Below, one piece after another: positions 48,566 through 57,779 of a DNA stretch of 64,000 nucleotides. Made by a program: the position numbers and the translations under genes. Every line of letters begins with the position of its first letter. The stretch's first letter is position 1. This DNA is from Bacteroidota bacterium (GTDB lineage: Bacteria > Bacteroidota > Bacteroidia > Bacteroidales > GCA-2711565): NCBI GenBank assembly GCA_003353955.1, contig PIVJ01000003.1:2378-66377 (forward strand), in the 5' to 3' direction. The notes beneath the pieces were generated by a model. It searched no databases. It was not told the DNA's origin and was given only the letters and a program-made list of their open reading frames with translations.

Positions 48566-49564
48566 TTATTTTTTTGTGCCAACCAACATAAAATAAGAAA
48601 AGGCACCTACGACAATTATCATTAGGTTTTGGGTGGTATGAATTAGTATAGCCCATGAAGTTGCGGATTCAGCCGGAATTTTATAAACCTCAAATAATAT
48701 TGCTTTTACAATGAAATGATAGGCACCAAGTCCTCCCGGTACAGGGGCTGCCATTCCCAGACTCCCGATAGCTAATACCGTAATTCCATCAATAATGGTG
48801 AGATGAGCGGTTTCTGTTAGTGATGAGAAAACGACATAAGTCATCAGGAAATACATAAACCAAATAATAAAGGTCAGAAATAGAAATTCACCTCTACGCT
48901 TAAAGCTTTTTATGGTTTTAACTCCATTTAAAAAGCCATAGATAAATTCATGAGCTTTTTTAAAGATGGATAATTCACAAATTCGGGCTTTAAATATTTT
49001 GTAAAGTATTACCAATGCTACAATAATCACCGTCAGGCAAAGCAGAAAAGTTAATATGCCGAATAAATTGGTTGAGAATATAGATAGAATCGGATCGAAA
49101 AGAACTTTGTTTACGAAACCGCCAACAATTTCCATCTGAAAAATAATGACCGAAAAAATTAAAAGAATAAGAACAGCTAAATCAACTATTCTTTCGGAAA
49201 CAACAGAACCAAAAAGTGAATCAAAAGGGATGCCATTCTTTTTACTCAGTACCCCACAGCGCGAAACTTCACCTAAACGCGGTAAAGCCAAGTTGGCAAA
49301 ATAACCAACCATTACAGCATAAAAAGTTGTTATCGTTTTTGTTTTGTAGCCCATCGAATTTATCAGAATATTCCAACGCATAGCTCGAGCCATGTGGCTA
49401 ATAACAGCAAATACAAACGACAATAATATCCACCAATAGTTTGCTTTTAAAATTTGTTGTACAACATTACCGATATCAATCTTGCGAAAAACTAACCACA
49501 GAAGGAAAAATCCTATTAAAAAGAATACTGAGAAATTGATAACGGAAAAAAGTTTCTTTTTCAA
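48566..49564 (-). CDS. Lysylphosphatidylglycerol-synthase-TM-like (UPF0104) membrane protein
   Basis: 332 aa with about 8 TM helices and the ARAMRWNILI...PRLGEVSRC block typical of the LPG_synthase_TM / flippase-like family. Confidence 0.7.
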   Translation of the reverse strand: MKKKLFSVINFSVFFLIGFFLLWLVFRKIDIGNVVQQILKANYWWILLSFVFAVISHMARAMRWNILINSMGYKTKTITTFYAVMVGYFANLALPRLGEVSRCGVLSKKNGIPFDSLFGSVVSERIVDLAVLILLIFSVIIFQMEIVGGFVNKVLFDPILSIFSTNLFGILTFLLCLTVIIVALVILYKIFKARICELSIFKKAHEFIYGFLNGVKTIKSFKRRGEFLFLTFIIWFMYFLMTYVVFSSLTETAHLTIIDGITVLAIGSLGMAAPVPGGLGAYHFIVKAILFEVYKIPAESATSWAILIHTTQNLMIIVVGAFSYFMLVGTKK

Positions 49565-49569
49565 AAGAC

Positions 49570-49917
49570 TTATTTTAACTGGTTATTCTCATTAGGAAAT
49601 AAGATGGCGGGGTTAAAATTTTTGGCTTCTTCAATATCCATCTGAGCGTAAGATACGATAATCACAAGATCGCCAATTTCTACTTTTCGGGCGGCAGCAC
49701 CATTTAAAGAAATTATGCCTGATCCACGCTCTCCTTTTATAACATAAGTGTCTAACCGTTCTCCATTGGTTATATTATAAATATGAACTCTTTCATTTTC
49801 AATTAAGTTGGCGGCAGTCATTAATTCTTCATCAATGGCAATACTTCCAATATAATTCAAGTCGGCTTGCGTAATCGTAGCTCGGTGAATTTTAGATTTT
49901 AATACATCAATCATCAT
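49570..49917 (-). CDS. panD: Aspartate 1-decarboxylase
   Basis: 115 aa with [10 protein letters not shown] and the self-cleavage site LNYIGS. Confidence 0.95.
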   Translation of the reverse strand: MMIDVLKSKIHRATITQADLNYIGSIAIDEELMTAANLIENERVHIYNITNGERLDTYVIKGERGSGIISLNGAAARKVEIGDLVIIVSYAQMDIEEAKNFNPAILFPNENNQLK

Positions 49918-50075
49918 ATCGATACAAAATTACAAAAAACAATTGGACTCAAAAATCGAACTAAAATAAAAATTTCCATAAAACATATATACTGCATGAA
50001 AAAATTTATTCTGAGTTTCCCTCTGTCTGCTAAGATATGTTTTTTAGAGAGGGAATATGGTTAAATATAGTATCA

Positions 50076-50918
50076 TTAAGACAATTTTAAATTATCTATC
50101 AATCTGACATTCCCAAGATTTACAGCAATGCAGGCAATAATTTCATTAGTCTTGTTTGGTGTTTCGATCGGAATTAATGTCTTAGCGTCCACAATCTCAA
50201 GGTATTCAACCGTCAAGCCATCATTATTGTTTAATAAATTAATTGATGATCTTATTAATTCAGAAACATTAGATCTGACAATTCTTTTTTTTATATTTAT
50301 TAACGTATGGTAAATCTGTGGAGCTATGGCACGTTCACTTTTTGTTAATCTGACATTTCGCGAGCTCATTGCTAGACCGTCTTCCTCTCTCACAGTTTTA
50401 CAAGGAATAATTTTAATTGGTATCTTTTCTATTTCAACCAGTTTGTTAATTACTGCTAATTGCTGAAAATCTTTTTCGCCAAAATAAGCTTGAGCCGGTT
50501 CAATAACTTCAAAGAGTTTTTTGACTACAATTGCAACCCCACTAAAGTGACCAGGCCTGAATTTGCCCTCCATTACTTTGTCAAGTTGTCCGAATTCAAA
50601 CTGAGTTAAATCCGGTTCAGGATACATTTCATTAGTTTCAGGGGCAAAAACATAATCACAACCAACCGATTTAAGTTTCTCTAAATCGCTTACTAAATCC
50701 CTGGGATACTTTGATAGATCCTCTTTCTTATTAAACTGAATTGGATTAACAAATATGCTAACCACTGTTCTGTCGTTTTCAATTATTGATCTTCTCACCA
50801 ATTCCAAATGACCGGCATGCAGTGCACCCATAGTTGGAACAAGCCCAATATTCCTCCCATGGGATTTCTCCTCAGAAAGCTTTTGTTTTAATGAGCTTAT
50901 GGTTTTAATAAATCCCAT
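50076..50918 (-). CDS. panC: Pantoate--beta-alanine ligase
   Basis: 280 aa with the PTMGALHAGHLEL HIGH-type motif and the GEKDFQQL block. Confidence 0.95.
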   Translation of the reverse strand: MGFIKTISSLKQKLSEEKSHGRNIGLVPTMGALHAGHLELVRRSIIENDRTVVSIFVNPIQFNKKEDLSKYPRDLVSDLEKLKSVGCDYVFAPETNEMYPEPDLTQFEFGQLDKVMEGKFRPGHFSGVAIVVKKLFEVIEPAQAYFGEKDFQQLAVINKLVEIEKIPIKIIPCKTVREEDGLAMSSRNVRLTKSERAIAPQIYHTLINIKKRIVRSNVSELIRSSINLLNNNDGLTVEYLEIVDAKTLIPIETPNKTNEIIACIAVNLGNVRLIDNLKLS

Positions 50919-50940
50919 TTTATCGATTGTGAACTGGATA

Positions 50941-50948
50941 CAAATTTA
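50941..50948 (-). promoter_or_regulatory. -7 promoter box (TAAATTTG) for panC
   Basis: TAnnTTTG on the minus strand, 23 nt upstream of the panC ATG. Confidence 0.4.
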
Positions 50949-50954
50949 GTCAGG

Positions 50955-51464
50955 TTATTTAACAATCTTCAGAAGATCTTTCTCCAATGTTTTCTTTGGT
51001 TTTTCAACGATTCTACCAATTTCTTTCTTGTTTCTATAAACGATGAAAGTGGGTACATAATTGATTTTTAAATCATCAATATTCGCATTATTTGTTTTTT
51101 TCATCCGGTTAACTGCAACAATGGTCAGGTTCGAATCAGCAAACTGTGTTTCATCCAACATCTTCATAAATTTCGGAACCTGTAGTTTGCTATCATAACA
51201 CCAGGTGCCTAAAACCATTTGAATAGTTACATCCTTCAATAAGGGTTTTAACTCACTTATCGTGGCTGATTCAGTATTGTAATTGTCGTAGCCAGCAGTA
51301 TAAGCTCTGCCAAAGTCGCTTAATCCTAAGCCACTTCTGTTGCAGTAATCAATTAAAATATCTTTTCCTGCTCTTTGATCAAAAATTATTTTATTCAGGT
51401 CTTGAGAAAATATTGAAGATACAAATAAAGAGAATAAGATGACTGTAAATAGATTTCTTTTCAT
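50955..51464 (-). CDS. Thioredoxin-fold protein with CxxS motif (secreted)
   Basis: 169 aa with a signal peptide. It has WCYDS in place of WCxxC and a thioredoxin-like C-terminal PTFIVY block. Confidence 0.65.
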   Translation of the reverse strand: MKRNLFTVILFSLFVSSIFSQDLNKIIFDQRAGKDILIDYCNRSGLGLSDFGRAYTAGYDNYNTESATISELKPLLKDVTIQMVLGTWCYDSKLQVPKFMKMLDETQFADSNLTIVAVNRMKKTNNANIDDLKINYVPTFIVYRNKKEIGRIVEKPKKTLEKDLLKIVK

Positions 51465-51486
51465 GATTTATAATATTGATCAGGTA

Positions 51487-51494
51487 CAAATATA
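51487..51494 (-). promoter_or_regulatory. -7 promoter box (TATATTTG) for the thioredoxin-like gene
   Basis: TAnnTTTG on the minus strand, 23 nt upstream of the ATG at 51464. Confidence 0.45.
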
Positions 51495-51497
51495 TGA

Positions 51498-51516
51498 TTA
51501 GAATTTTGAATTCTAA
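51498..51516. promoter_or_regulatory. 19-bp palindrome TTAGAATTTTGAATTCTAA, candidate DtxR/MntR-family operator
   Basis: 8-3-8 perfect (9-1-9 with one mismatch) inverted repeat with the TTAG...CTAA ends of the DtxR/IdeR iron-box consensus TTAGGTTAGCCTAACCTAA. It is centred on the -33 TTTG of the downstream DtxR-family gene promoter. Confidence 0.45.
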
Positions 51517-51536
51517 AATAAATTATCATACATTTG
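51505..51536 (+). promoter_or_regulatory. Full Bacteroidota promoter (TTTG-N20-TACATTTG) for the DtxR-family regulator / zupT operon
   Basis: -33 TTTG at 51505..51508 and -7 TACATTTG at 51529..51536, 40 nt upstream of the ATG at 51576. Confidence 0.55.
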
Positions 51537-51575
51537 TTAAGGAATGTAAATTATAAAATTAAGTTTACTTAAAAA

Positions 51576-52238
51576 ATGAAAACCTCCCCAGCAGTAGAGA
51601 AGTTTCTAAGATCCATTTATTTATTAGAGGTAAGAAATCAAAAAGCATCAGGAATCACATTGGCGTCAAAGTTAAATATTTCACCGGCGGCAGTTACAGA
51701 TATGGCAATCAAACTTGCAAATAAAGGATTGATAAAATACCAAAAGCATCAAAGTGTGAAGCTAACGACCAAGGGGCTAAAGGTCGCACTCAATGCTTCC
51801 CGGAAGCATCGCTTATGGGAGACTTTCCTTCATAAAACATTAAAGCTTAGTCTTGATGAGATCCATATAGAAGCAGAATTAATTGAAAGCAATACCTCGA
51901 CCAAGTTGTTAAATATGATGGAGGAGTACTTAAATTTTCCTGAGCATGATCCTCACGGAGATCCCATTCCTGATAAAAATGGGATATTACCCGAGAAGCA
52001 GAAGTTCACTCCTCTTAATGAAAACATTCCGGGTTCATATCAAATTGGAAGGATCCATTTTGAGAGCAATGAGATTAACGATTTCTTTACTGAATATGAA
52101 TTTAAGGTAGGCGACATACTGGAATTGGTATTAATTTTTAAAATGGATAATGCTTTATTAATTAAGCGGAATAAAGTTTCGATGGTAATTAGTAACAATA
52201 TTGCATCAAGAATATTGGTGAATAAGGTAATTAGCTAA
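51576..52238 (+). CDS. DtxR/MntR family metal-dependent transcriptional regulator with FeoA-like C-terminal domain
   Basis: 220 aa with an N-terminal wHTH ([24 protein letters not shown]), the metal-site block [10 protein letters not shown] and a C-terminal SH3/FeoA-like domain. Confidence 0.85.
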   Translation: MKTSPAVEKFLRSIYLLEVRNQKASGITLASKLNISPAAVTDMAIKLANKGLIKYQKHQSVKLTTKGLKVALNASRKHRLWETFLHKTLKLSLDEIHIEAELIESNTSTKLLNMMEEYLNFPEHDPHGDPIPDKNGILPEKQKFTPLNENIPGSYQIGRIHFESNEINDFFTEYEFKVGDILELVLIFKMDNALLIKRNKVSMVISNNIASRILVNKVIS

Positions 52239-52240
52239 TT

Positions 52241-53053
52241 ATGGAAACTTCAACCTTATTATTTGCGTTTGGACTTACCATGTTTGCCGGTCTTTCCACA
52301 GGTATTGGAAGTGCATTGGCATTTTTTACAAAGCAAACCAACACAAAATTCCTTTCTATTTCTCTTGGTTTTTCGGCCGGTGTAATGATTTATGTTTCCT
52401 TTGTAGAAATATTCGTGAAGGCCAGAATTGAACTGGCAGCTGAATTGGGTAATCGATCCGGATATTGGACTACAGTGGCTGCTTTTTTTGGAGGAATATT
52501 ATTAATCGCGATCATTGATAAATTTATTCCATCGGCCGAAAATCCGCATGAGATTAAGAGAATGGAAGATCTTATTCCAACAAAGGATTCGAAAAAGGAT
52601 GCCAAACTAATGCGAATGGGATTGTTTACAGCCTTGGCGATTGCCATCCATAATTTTCCTGAAGGTTTAGCGACTTTTACCGCGGCACTAACAGATCCAA
52701 ACTTAGGTATTGCAATTGCGGTTGCCATTGCCATTCACAATATTCCGGAAGGAATTGCTGTTTCTGTCCCAATTTATTATGCTACCGGGAATAAAAAGAA
52801 AGCTTTTTGGTATTCTTTTACTTCGGGTTTGGCGGAGCCTGTGGGTGCTTTAATTGGGTATCTAATTTTGATGCCATTTTTGAGTCCCGTTGTTTTTGGA
52901 GTTCTTTTTGCCGGAGTTGCAGGCGTTATGGTATTTATCTCTATTGATGAATTATTGCCGACTGCCCGGGAATATGGTGAGCATCATTTATCTATATATG
53001 GTTTAATTGCCGGCATGGCTGTAATGGCTGTTAGTTTACTATTATTTGCATAA
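52241..53053 (+). CDS. zupT: ZIP family metal transporter ZupT
   Basis: 270 aa with duplicated HNFPEGLA / HNIPEGIAV motifs. Starts 2 nt after the regulator stop. Confidence 0.85.
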   Translation: METSTLLFAFGLTMFAGLSTGIGSALAFFTKQTNTKFLSISLGFSAGVMIYVSFVEIFVKARIELAAELGNRSGYWTTVAAFFGGILLIAIIDKFIPSAENPHEIKRMEDLIPTKDSKKDAKLMRMGLFTALAIAIHNFPEGLATFTAALTDPNLGIAIAVAIAIHNIPEGIAVSVPIYYATGNKKKAFWYSFTSGLAEPVGALIGYLILMPFLSPVVFGVLFAGVAGVMVFISIDELLPTAREYGEHHLSIYGLIAGMAVMAVSLLLFA

Positions 53054-53073
53054 TCATCTTTGAATGTCTCTTA

Positions 53074-53105
53074 TTTGGAATGATCCTAAATAAAACATAT
53101 ATTTG
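53074..53105 (+). promoter_or_regulatory. Full Bacteroidota promoter (TTTG-N20-TATATTTG) upstream of fldA
   Basis: -33 TTTG at 53074..53077 and -7 TATATTTG at 53098..53105. The fldA ATG is 130 nt downstream, implying a long leader. Confidence 0.5.
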
Positions 53106-53235
53106 CACAAAATTAATTCCGCCAAGTCCCAGTTAAAAAATAAGATGAAACATCCATGAAAATAAGTTCTCACATAGGGGAATGACTAATGCATAGATGT
53201 TCCATATGATAATTAAAAAATCAAATTATAGACAC

Positions 53236-53742
53236 ATGAAAAAGATTGGAATATTTTATGGATCATCCACCGGAAATACGGAAGTTATTGCTGATAAAAT
53301 CCAGGTACTTTTCGGGGAAGATGTGGCCGATGTATTTAATATCGACTCCATAGAAAAAAGTGATATAGAAAAATATCCCTTCTTGATTTTTGGCACTTCA
53401 ACCTGGGGAATGGGTGATTTACAGGATGACTGGCTGGAATTTATTGATGAGTTGAATAAGATTGACTTAACAAAGAAAAAAGTGGCTTTATTCGGATTAG
53501 GCGATCAGGAAGTTTATGCGTATAGTTTTGTGGATGGAATGGGTGAATTATATGATCATATTGCAAAGCGACTCAGCGTTGTTGGAAGCTGGCCAACAAA
53601 AGAATATACTTTTATAAAATCAAAAGCGGTTAAAAAAGGTAAATTGGTTGGCTTGGCTATCGATTACGACAATGAACAACGCAAGACGGATGATAAATTA
53701 AATCGATGGGTAAATGATCTCAAAAAGGAATTCAACCTTTAA
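53236..53742 (+). CDS. fldA: Flavodoxin (long-chain)
   Basis: MKKIGIFYGSSTGNTE FMN-phosphate loop at the N-terminus; 168 aa from the ATG at 53236. The 13 extra codons of the tracked ORF are not flavodoxin-like. Confidence 0.9.
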   Translation: MKKIGIFYGSSTGNTEVIADKIQVLFGEDVADVFNIDSIEKSDIEKYPFLIFGTSTWGMGDLQDDWLEFIDELNKIDLTKKKVALFGLGDQEVYAYSFVDGMGELYDHIAKRLSVVGSWPTKEYTFIKSKAVKKGKLVGLAIDYDNEQRKTDDKLNRWVNDLKKEFNL

Positions 53743-53994
53743 TAAAATGGGGATGTATCAATTTGTTTAGCTTAATTTATTGGTGTTTCTATACATCTCC
53801 ATAAATTAGTATATACAATGCTCCGGCTGTTAGCTATTTGCTTTTGGTAAAAAAGAATTTCCCTCGTTTAATTTAATTAATTGGCACATTGGCTAATTAT
53901 AGAGAGTTAAAATTATCAAAAAGTAATTTGAGTAGATTACTGAAACAGATAGGGGGTCAGTTATTATTAACAACCTCAATAAGTTAGCAGGCCC

Positions 53995-54034
53995 TAAAAT
54001 AAAAGCGGGAGACTTTCAATTGAAAATCTCCCGC
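53995..54034 (-). terminator. Rho-independent terminator after tRNA-Leu
   Basis: GC-rich stem GCGGGAGA/TCTCCCGC (extendable through TTTCAATTGAAA), followed on the minus strand by TTTTATTTT. Confidence 0.8.
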
Positions 54035-54038
54035 TTTG

Positions 54039-54123
54039 TACCCAGGGCGGGACTTGAACCCGCACGGGCGCAATGCCCATTGGATTTTAAGTCCAACGTG
54101 TCTACCAATTCCACCACCTGGGC
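54039..54123 (-). tRNA. tRNA-Leu (anticodon UAA)
   Basis: 85-nt class II tRNA folded by hand. Acceptor GCCCAGG/CCTGGGT, anticodon stem TTGGA/TCCAA with loop CTTAAAA, long variable arm, T-arm GCGGG-TTCAAGT-CCCGC. CCA is not encoded. Confidence 0.9.
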
Positions 54124-54150
54124 TAATGTTGACCAATCCGGTCTTATGTT

Positions 54151-54176
54151 AAAGAAAAATCCCGAATTATTCGGGA
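54151..54176 (-). terminator. Terminator-like hairpin between tRNA-Gly and tRNA-Leu
   Basis: Perfect 7-bp stem TCCCGAA/TTCGGGA with a 3-nt loop, followed on the minus strand by TTTTTCTTT. Confidence 0.7.
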
Positions 54177-54182
54177 CTCCTG

Positions 54183-54255
54183 AGCGAAAGACGGGATTCG
54201 AACCCGCGACCCCAACCTTGGCAAGGTTGTGCTCTACCAGCTGAGCTACTTTCGC
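54183..54255 (-). tRNA. tRNA-Gly (anticodon GCC)
   Basis: 73-nt cloverleaf. Acceptor GCGAAAG/CTTTCGC, D-arm GCTC-AGCTGGTA-GAGC, anticodon stem CAACC/GGTTG with loop TTGCCAA, T-arm GCGGG-TTCGAAT-CCCGT, discriminator U. Confidence 0.95.
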
Positions 54256-54270
54256 TTTTTTTAAGGAGTG

Positions 54271-54278
54271 CAAATATA
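54271..54278 (-). promoter_or_regulatory. -7 promoter box (TATATTTG) for the tRNA-Gly/tRNA-Leu unit
   Basis: TAnnTTTG on the minus strand, 15 nt upstream of the tRNA-Gly 5' end. Confidence 0.55.
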
Positions 54279-54334
54279 AACATTTTTAATAAAATGCAAT
54301 AAGTATTTTAGAAATTTCTCTGCTATAATTCGGC

Positions 54335-56977
54335 CTATTTCCCTAACAATCTTTTAATTTCGTTCAGCTTCATTAACGCTTCTACCGGGGTGAGCGTATC
54401 AATATTCGTATTCAAAATATCATCCTTGATTTGATATAGCAAAGGATCATCTAATTGAATAAAACTAAGCTGATATTCTTCATCCGCACTCCCTTGTTTA
54501 AGCTTTCTTTTAGTTTCTTTCGATAAGCTATCTCCCGAATGTGACTTTTCCAATTGTTCAAGCAATTGATCCGCCCGGTTAATGACGGATGAAGGTATTC
54601 CAGCCATTTTTGCAACATGTATACCAAAACTATGTTCACTCCCACCCTCTTTCATTTTACGAACAAAAATTACCTGATTTCCTACTTCCTTAATGGAAAT
54701 ATGATAATTCTTAATTCGGTTCATACTGCCTGCCATTTCATTTAACTCATGATAGTGTGTTGCGAATAATACTTTCGCTTTGAACAATGGATGATTGTGT
54801 AAGAATTCTGCGATAGCCCACGCAATGGATATTCCGTCGTATGTACTGGTTCCACGTCCAATCTCGTCTAATAAAATTAAACTCCGATTCGAGATATTGT
54901 TTAAGATACTGGCCGTTTCATTCATCTCAACCATAAAAGTTGATTCTCCTGATGAAATATTATCGGAAGCGCCAACTCTGGTAAATAACTTATCAACCAA
55001 GCCTATCTTCGCTTCTTTTGCAGGGACAAAGCTACCCATTTGTGCCATTAACACAATTAAGGCCGTTTGCCTTAACAATGCCGATTTCCCCGACATATTC
55101 GGACCCGTAATTATGATTATTTGCTGTGTCTCATTATCCAGAAATACATCATTCGCAATATATTCTTTCCCAATGGGTAGTTGTTCTTCAATTACTGGAT
55201 GCCTCCCTTGCCTGATATCTATTATGTAAGAATCATTAATTTGAGGCCGGTTGTAATTATTAGCTTTTGCTGTATTAGCGAATGAAAGCAAACAATCGAG
55301 TTTGGCAATTAATGATGCATTGAGTTGAATTGGTTGAATGTAATCAATCAAACTGGATGTTAAGTTTTCAAATAATTCTTGCTCAAGTATCGAGATTTTT
55401 CCTTCTGCTCCTAAAATCTTCTCTTCATATTCTTTAAGCTCCTCGGTTATATAACGCTCAGAATTGGTTAACGTCTGCTTCCGATGCCAATCCTCAGGAA
55501 CCTTATCTTTATGCTTATGCGTAACTTCTAAATAATAGCCAAATACATTATTATATCCAATTTTTAATGAAGAAATCCCGGTATTTAATACTTCGCGTTC
55601 CTGTATTTTTGTTAAGTAATCTTTACCGGAAAAAGCTAAATCTCTTAAATGGTCAAGTTCATCAGAAACGCCTTTAGTAATCACATTCCCTTTATTTAAT
55701 AAGGCAGGCGCTTCACAATTTATTTCCGTTTCGATACGATCTCTTATGGTTTTGCATGCATTGAGTTGCTCAGCAATCTTTAATAGTGTCTTATCTTTTT
55801 GATTGAAGCACTCAACTTTAATTTTTTCAACCGCAATCAAAGCATTTTTTAATTGTAATAATTCTCTTGGATTTATTCGGCCCACAGCCACTTTTGAGAT
55901 CAGCCTTTCCAGGTCGTTGATTACTTTAAATTGTGAGGTTAACTCTTCGGAAAAAGCACTTGATTTGAATAAATACTCCACAATATTAAATCGTTCCTCA
56001 ATGGGTTGTTTGTTTTTTAATGGAAGTGCAACCCATCGTCTCAACATTCGTGACCCCATTGGGGTGATTGTTTGATCCAATGTTTCAATTAAAGTGGCTG
56101 CTCCTTCATTTGGAGAAAATAGCAATTCGAGGTTTCTGATGGTAAATTTATCAAGCCAGACATAATTATCTTCCTCAATTCGTGCAATTTTACTAACATG
56201 TTCAACTTTATCGTGATGCGTCTCGGCCAAATAATGCAGGGCAGCACCAGCAGCGATAATCGCATCATTCATGATTTCAATTCCAAAACCTTTTAACGAT
56301 TTTGTGCCAAAATGTTTTGTGAGAAGTTCATAAGTGAAATCATGGGTGAAAACCCAATCTTCAAATGTATTTACATAAAATCTGTCGCCAAAAATTTCTT
56401 TGAATTTCTCTCTCTTATTCTTTTGAATAATTACCTCATTCGGACTAAAACTCTGAAGCAATTTATCAATGTATTCAATGGATCCCTGAGCTACAAAAAA
56501 TTCGCCTGTTGATATATCCAAAAAAGAAATCCCCGAATGTTTAGACTCTAGATGAATACTAGCCAGAAAATTATTTTTATTTTGCTCCAGTATATTATCA
56601 TTGTATGATACTCCTGGTGTTACCAATTCAGTTACACCACGCTTCACAATCTTCTTGGTTAATTTTGGATCTTCTAATTGATCGCAAATCGCAACCCTAT
56701 AACCGGCTTTCACTAATTTAGGTAAATACGTATTTATGGAATGGTGTGGAAAACCAGCAAGTTCAATATATGTAGCCGCACCATTTGCCCGCCTTGTTAA
56801 CACAATACCGAGTAAGGAGGAAGCCTTAATTGCATCTTCTCCAAAAGTTTCGTAAAAATCCCCAACTCTAAACAACAATAAAGCATCCGGATATTTTGCC
56901 TTGATCGCATTATATTGCTTCATTAAGGGTGTTTCCGCTATTTCCTTATGTTTTGTCAATATTGATAATATTTCCAA
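54335..56977 (-). CDS. mutS: DNA mismatch repair protein MutS
   Basis: 880 aa with the N-terminal ETPLMKQY...GDFYE mismatch-binding block, Walker A GPNMSGKS and [13 protein letters not shown]. The conserved TPLM residues precede the first ATG, so a TTG start (56977 or 56959) is required. Confidence 0.95.
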   Translation of the reverse strand: MEILSILTKHKEIAETPLMKQYNAIKAKYPDALLLFRVGDFYETFGEDAIKASSLLGIVLTRRANGAATYIELAGFPHHSINTYLPKLVKAGYRVAICDQLEDPKLTKKIVKRGVTELVTPGVSYNDNILEQNKNNFLASIHLESKHSGISFLDISTGEFFVAQGSIEYIDKLLQSFSPNEVIIQKNKREKFKEIFGDRFYVNTFEDWVFTHDFTYELLTKHFGTKSLKGFGIEIMNDAIIAAGAALHYLAETHHDKVEHVSKIARIEEDNYVWLDKFTIRNLELLFSPNEGAATLIETLDQTITPMGSRMLRRWVALPLKNKQPIEERFNIVEYLFKSSAFSEELTSQFKVINDLERLISKVAVGRINPRELLQLKNALIAVEKIKVECFNQKDKTLLKIAEQLNACKTIRDRIETEINCEAPALLNKGNVITKGVSDELDHLRDLAFSGKDYLTKIQEREVLNTGISSLKIGYNNVFGYYLEVTHKHKDKVPEDWHRKQTLTNSERYITEELKEYEEKILGAEGKISILEQELFENLTSSLIDYIQPIQLNASLIAKLDCLLSFANTAKANNYNRPQINDSYIIDIRQGRHPVIEEQLPIGKEYIANDVFLDNETQQIIIITGPNMSGKSALLRQTALIVLMAQMGSFVPAKEAKIGLVDKLFTRVGASDNISSGESTFMVEMNETASILNNISNRSLILLDEIGRGTSTYDGISIAWAIAEFLHNHPLFKAKVLFATHYHELNEMAGSMNRIKNYHISIKEVGNQVIFVRKMKEGGSEHSFGIHVAKMAGIPSSVINRADQLLEQLEKSHSGDSLSKETKRKLKQGSADEEYQLSFIQLDDPLLYQIKDDILNTNIDTLTPVEALMKLNEIKRLLGK

Positions 56978-57038
56978 ACAAAGTTAAAATTATAAATTGA
57001 TTTTTTGCATTGGTATTTCAGTATTGAAAATACATTTG

Positions 57039-57046
57039 TAGCTTTG
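57039..57046 (+). promoter_or_regulatory. -7 promoter box (TAGCTTTG) for the trmH-like gene
   Basis: TAnnTTTG 21 nt upstream of the ATG at 57067. A second overlapping match, TACATTTG, lies at 57031..57038. Confidence 0.4.
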
Positions 57047-57066
57047 TATTTTAATTAATCCGTTTG

Positions 57067-57597
57067 ATGAGAAAACTATTAAACAGCGAATTAAAACGTT
57101 TGACTATCGAAGAATTTAAGACTGCTTCAAAAATTCCTTTGGTGGTTGTCTTAGACGATGTCAGAAGTTTAAATAATATTGGTTCGGTATTCCGAACGGG
57201 TGATGCTTTTTTGGTTGAGGGAATACATTTGTGTGGCATCACAGCAATACCTCCGCATCGTGAAATCCAGAAAACTGCCCTGGGTGCAACCGAAACTGTA
57301 AAGTGGAAATATTTTAATGACATTCAACAATCGGTTAGTCAACTAAAAAGTGAAGGGTATAAAATTTACGCAATTGAACAAGTTGATGACAGCATTTCAC
57401 TAAACAAGTTCACTCCTTGCCCTACTGATAAAATAGCCGTTATATTAGGAAATGAAATAAAGGGAGTTAGTGATCTAATACTTTCACAAATCCATGGGAG
57501 CATCGAAATACCTCAGTTTGGCACCAAACATTCGTTAAATATTTCGGTTTGTGCCGGTATCGTAATTTGGCATTTTTTCTTACACATGAGAAAATAA
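57067..57597 (+). CDS. TrmH/SpoU family RNA 2'-O-methyltransferase
   Basis: SPOUT motifs NIGSVFRTGDAF, LGNEIKGV and IPQFGTKHSLNISVCAGIVIW. ATG at 57067 is preferred (a TTG lies one codon upstream). Confidence 0.8.
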   Translation: MRKLLNSELKRLTIEEFKTASKIPLVVVLDDVRSLNNIGSVFRTGDAFLVEGIHLCGITAIPPHREIQKTALGATETVKWKYFNDIQQSVSQLKSEGYKIYAIEQVDDSISLNKFTPCPTDKIAVILGNEIKGVSDLILSQIHGSIEIPQFGTKHSLNISVCAGIVIWHFFLHMRK

Positions 57598-57724
57598 AAT
57601 TATTTATTCTTTATTATTGAAATGGAGCACACTTAATAAGCTAATTTTTTATACATTTGCTATTCTTCCAATAATAACGAGTAAAAATTGTTATAAGAAA
57701 TTGGAAATGTGAGCTAAAAAAAAT

Positions 57725-57732
57725 TATATTTG
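57725..57732 (+). promoter_or_regulatory. -7 promoter box (TATATTTG) for the OmpA-like/TPR gene
   Basis: TAnnTTTG 48 nt upstream of the ATG at 57780. Confidence 0.45.
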
Positions 57733-57779
57733 TACATCTTAAATCAAAAATCATCCATTTTTAATTAACGTATGTCATT

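Noticed and set aside
50016-50055. 8-bp stem TTCCCTCT/AGAGGGAA with a 24-nt loop between panC and panD.
   Set aside because: The loop is large and no adjacent U-run follows on the minus strand. I cannot distinguish a terminator from chance complementarity.
52390-52734. 114-aa ORF antisense to zupT.
   Set aside because: It is an Ala-rich mirror of the ZIP transporter TM region. This is a shadow ORF.
53197-53235. 13-codon N-terminal extension of the tracked fldA ORF.
   Set aside because: Flavodoxins start directly with the MKKIGIFYGS.TGNTE loop, so the ATG at 53236 fits.
53749-53800. 10-bp stem (GGGGATGTAT/ATACATCTCC, one G.U) enclosing a 32-nt loop just after fldA.
   Set aside because: It is not followed by a U-run and has an oversized loop. 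It may be a terminator variant or an sRNA stem, but the evidence is insufficient.
54016-54273. 85-aa and 74-aa ORFs on both strands across 54.0-54.3 kb.
   Set aside because: The region folds into two canonical tRNAs with terminators, so the ORFs are artefacts of tRNA sequence.
54795-55229. 144-aa ORF antisense to mutS.
   Set aside because: It is embedded opposite the MutS ATPase domain. This is a shadow ORF.
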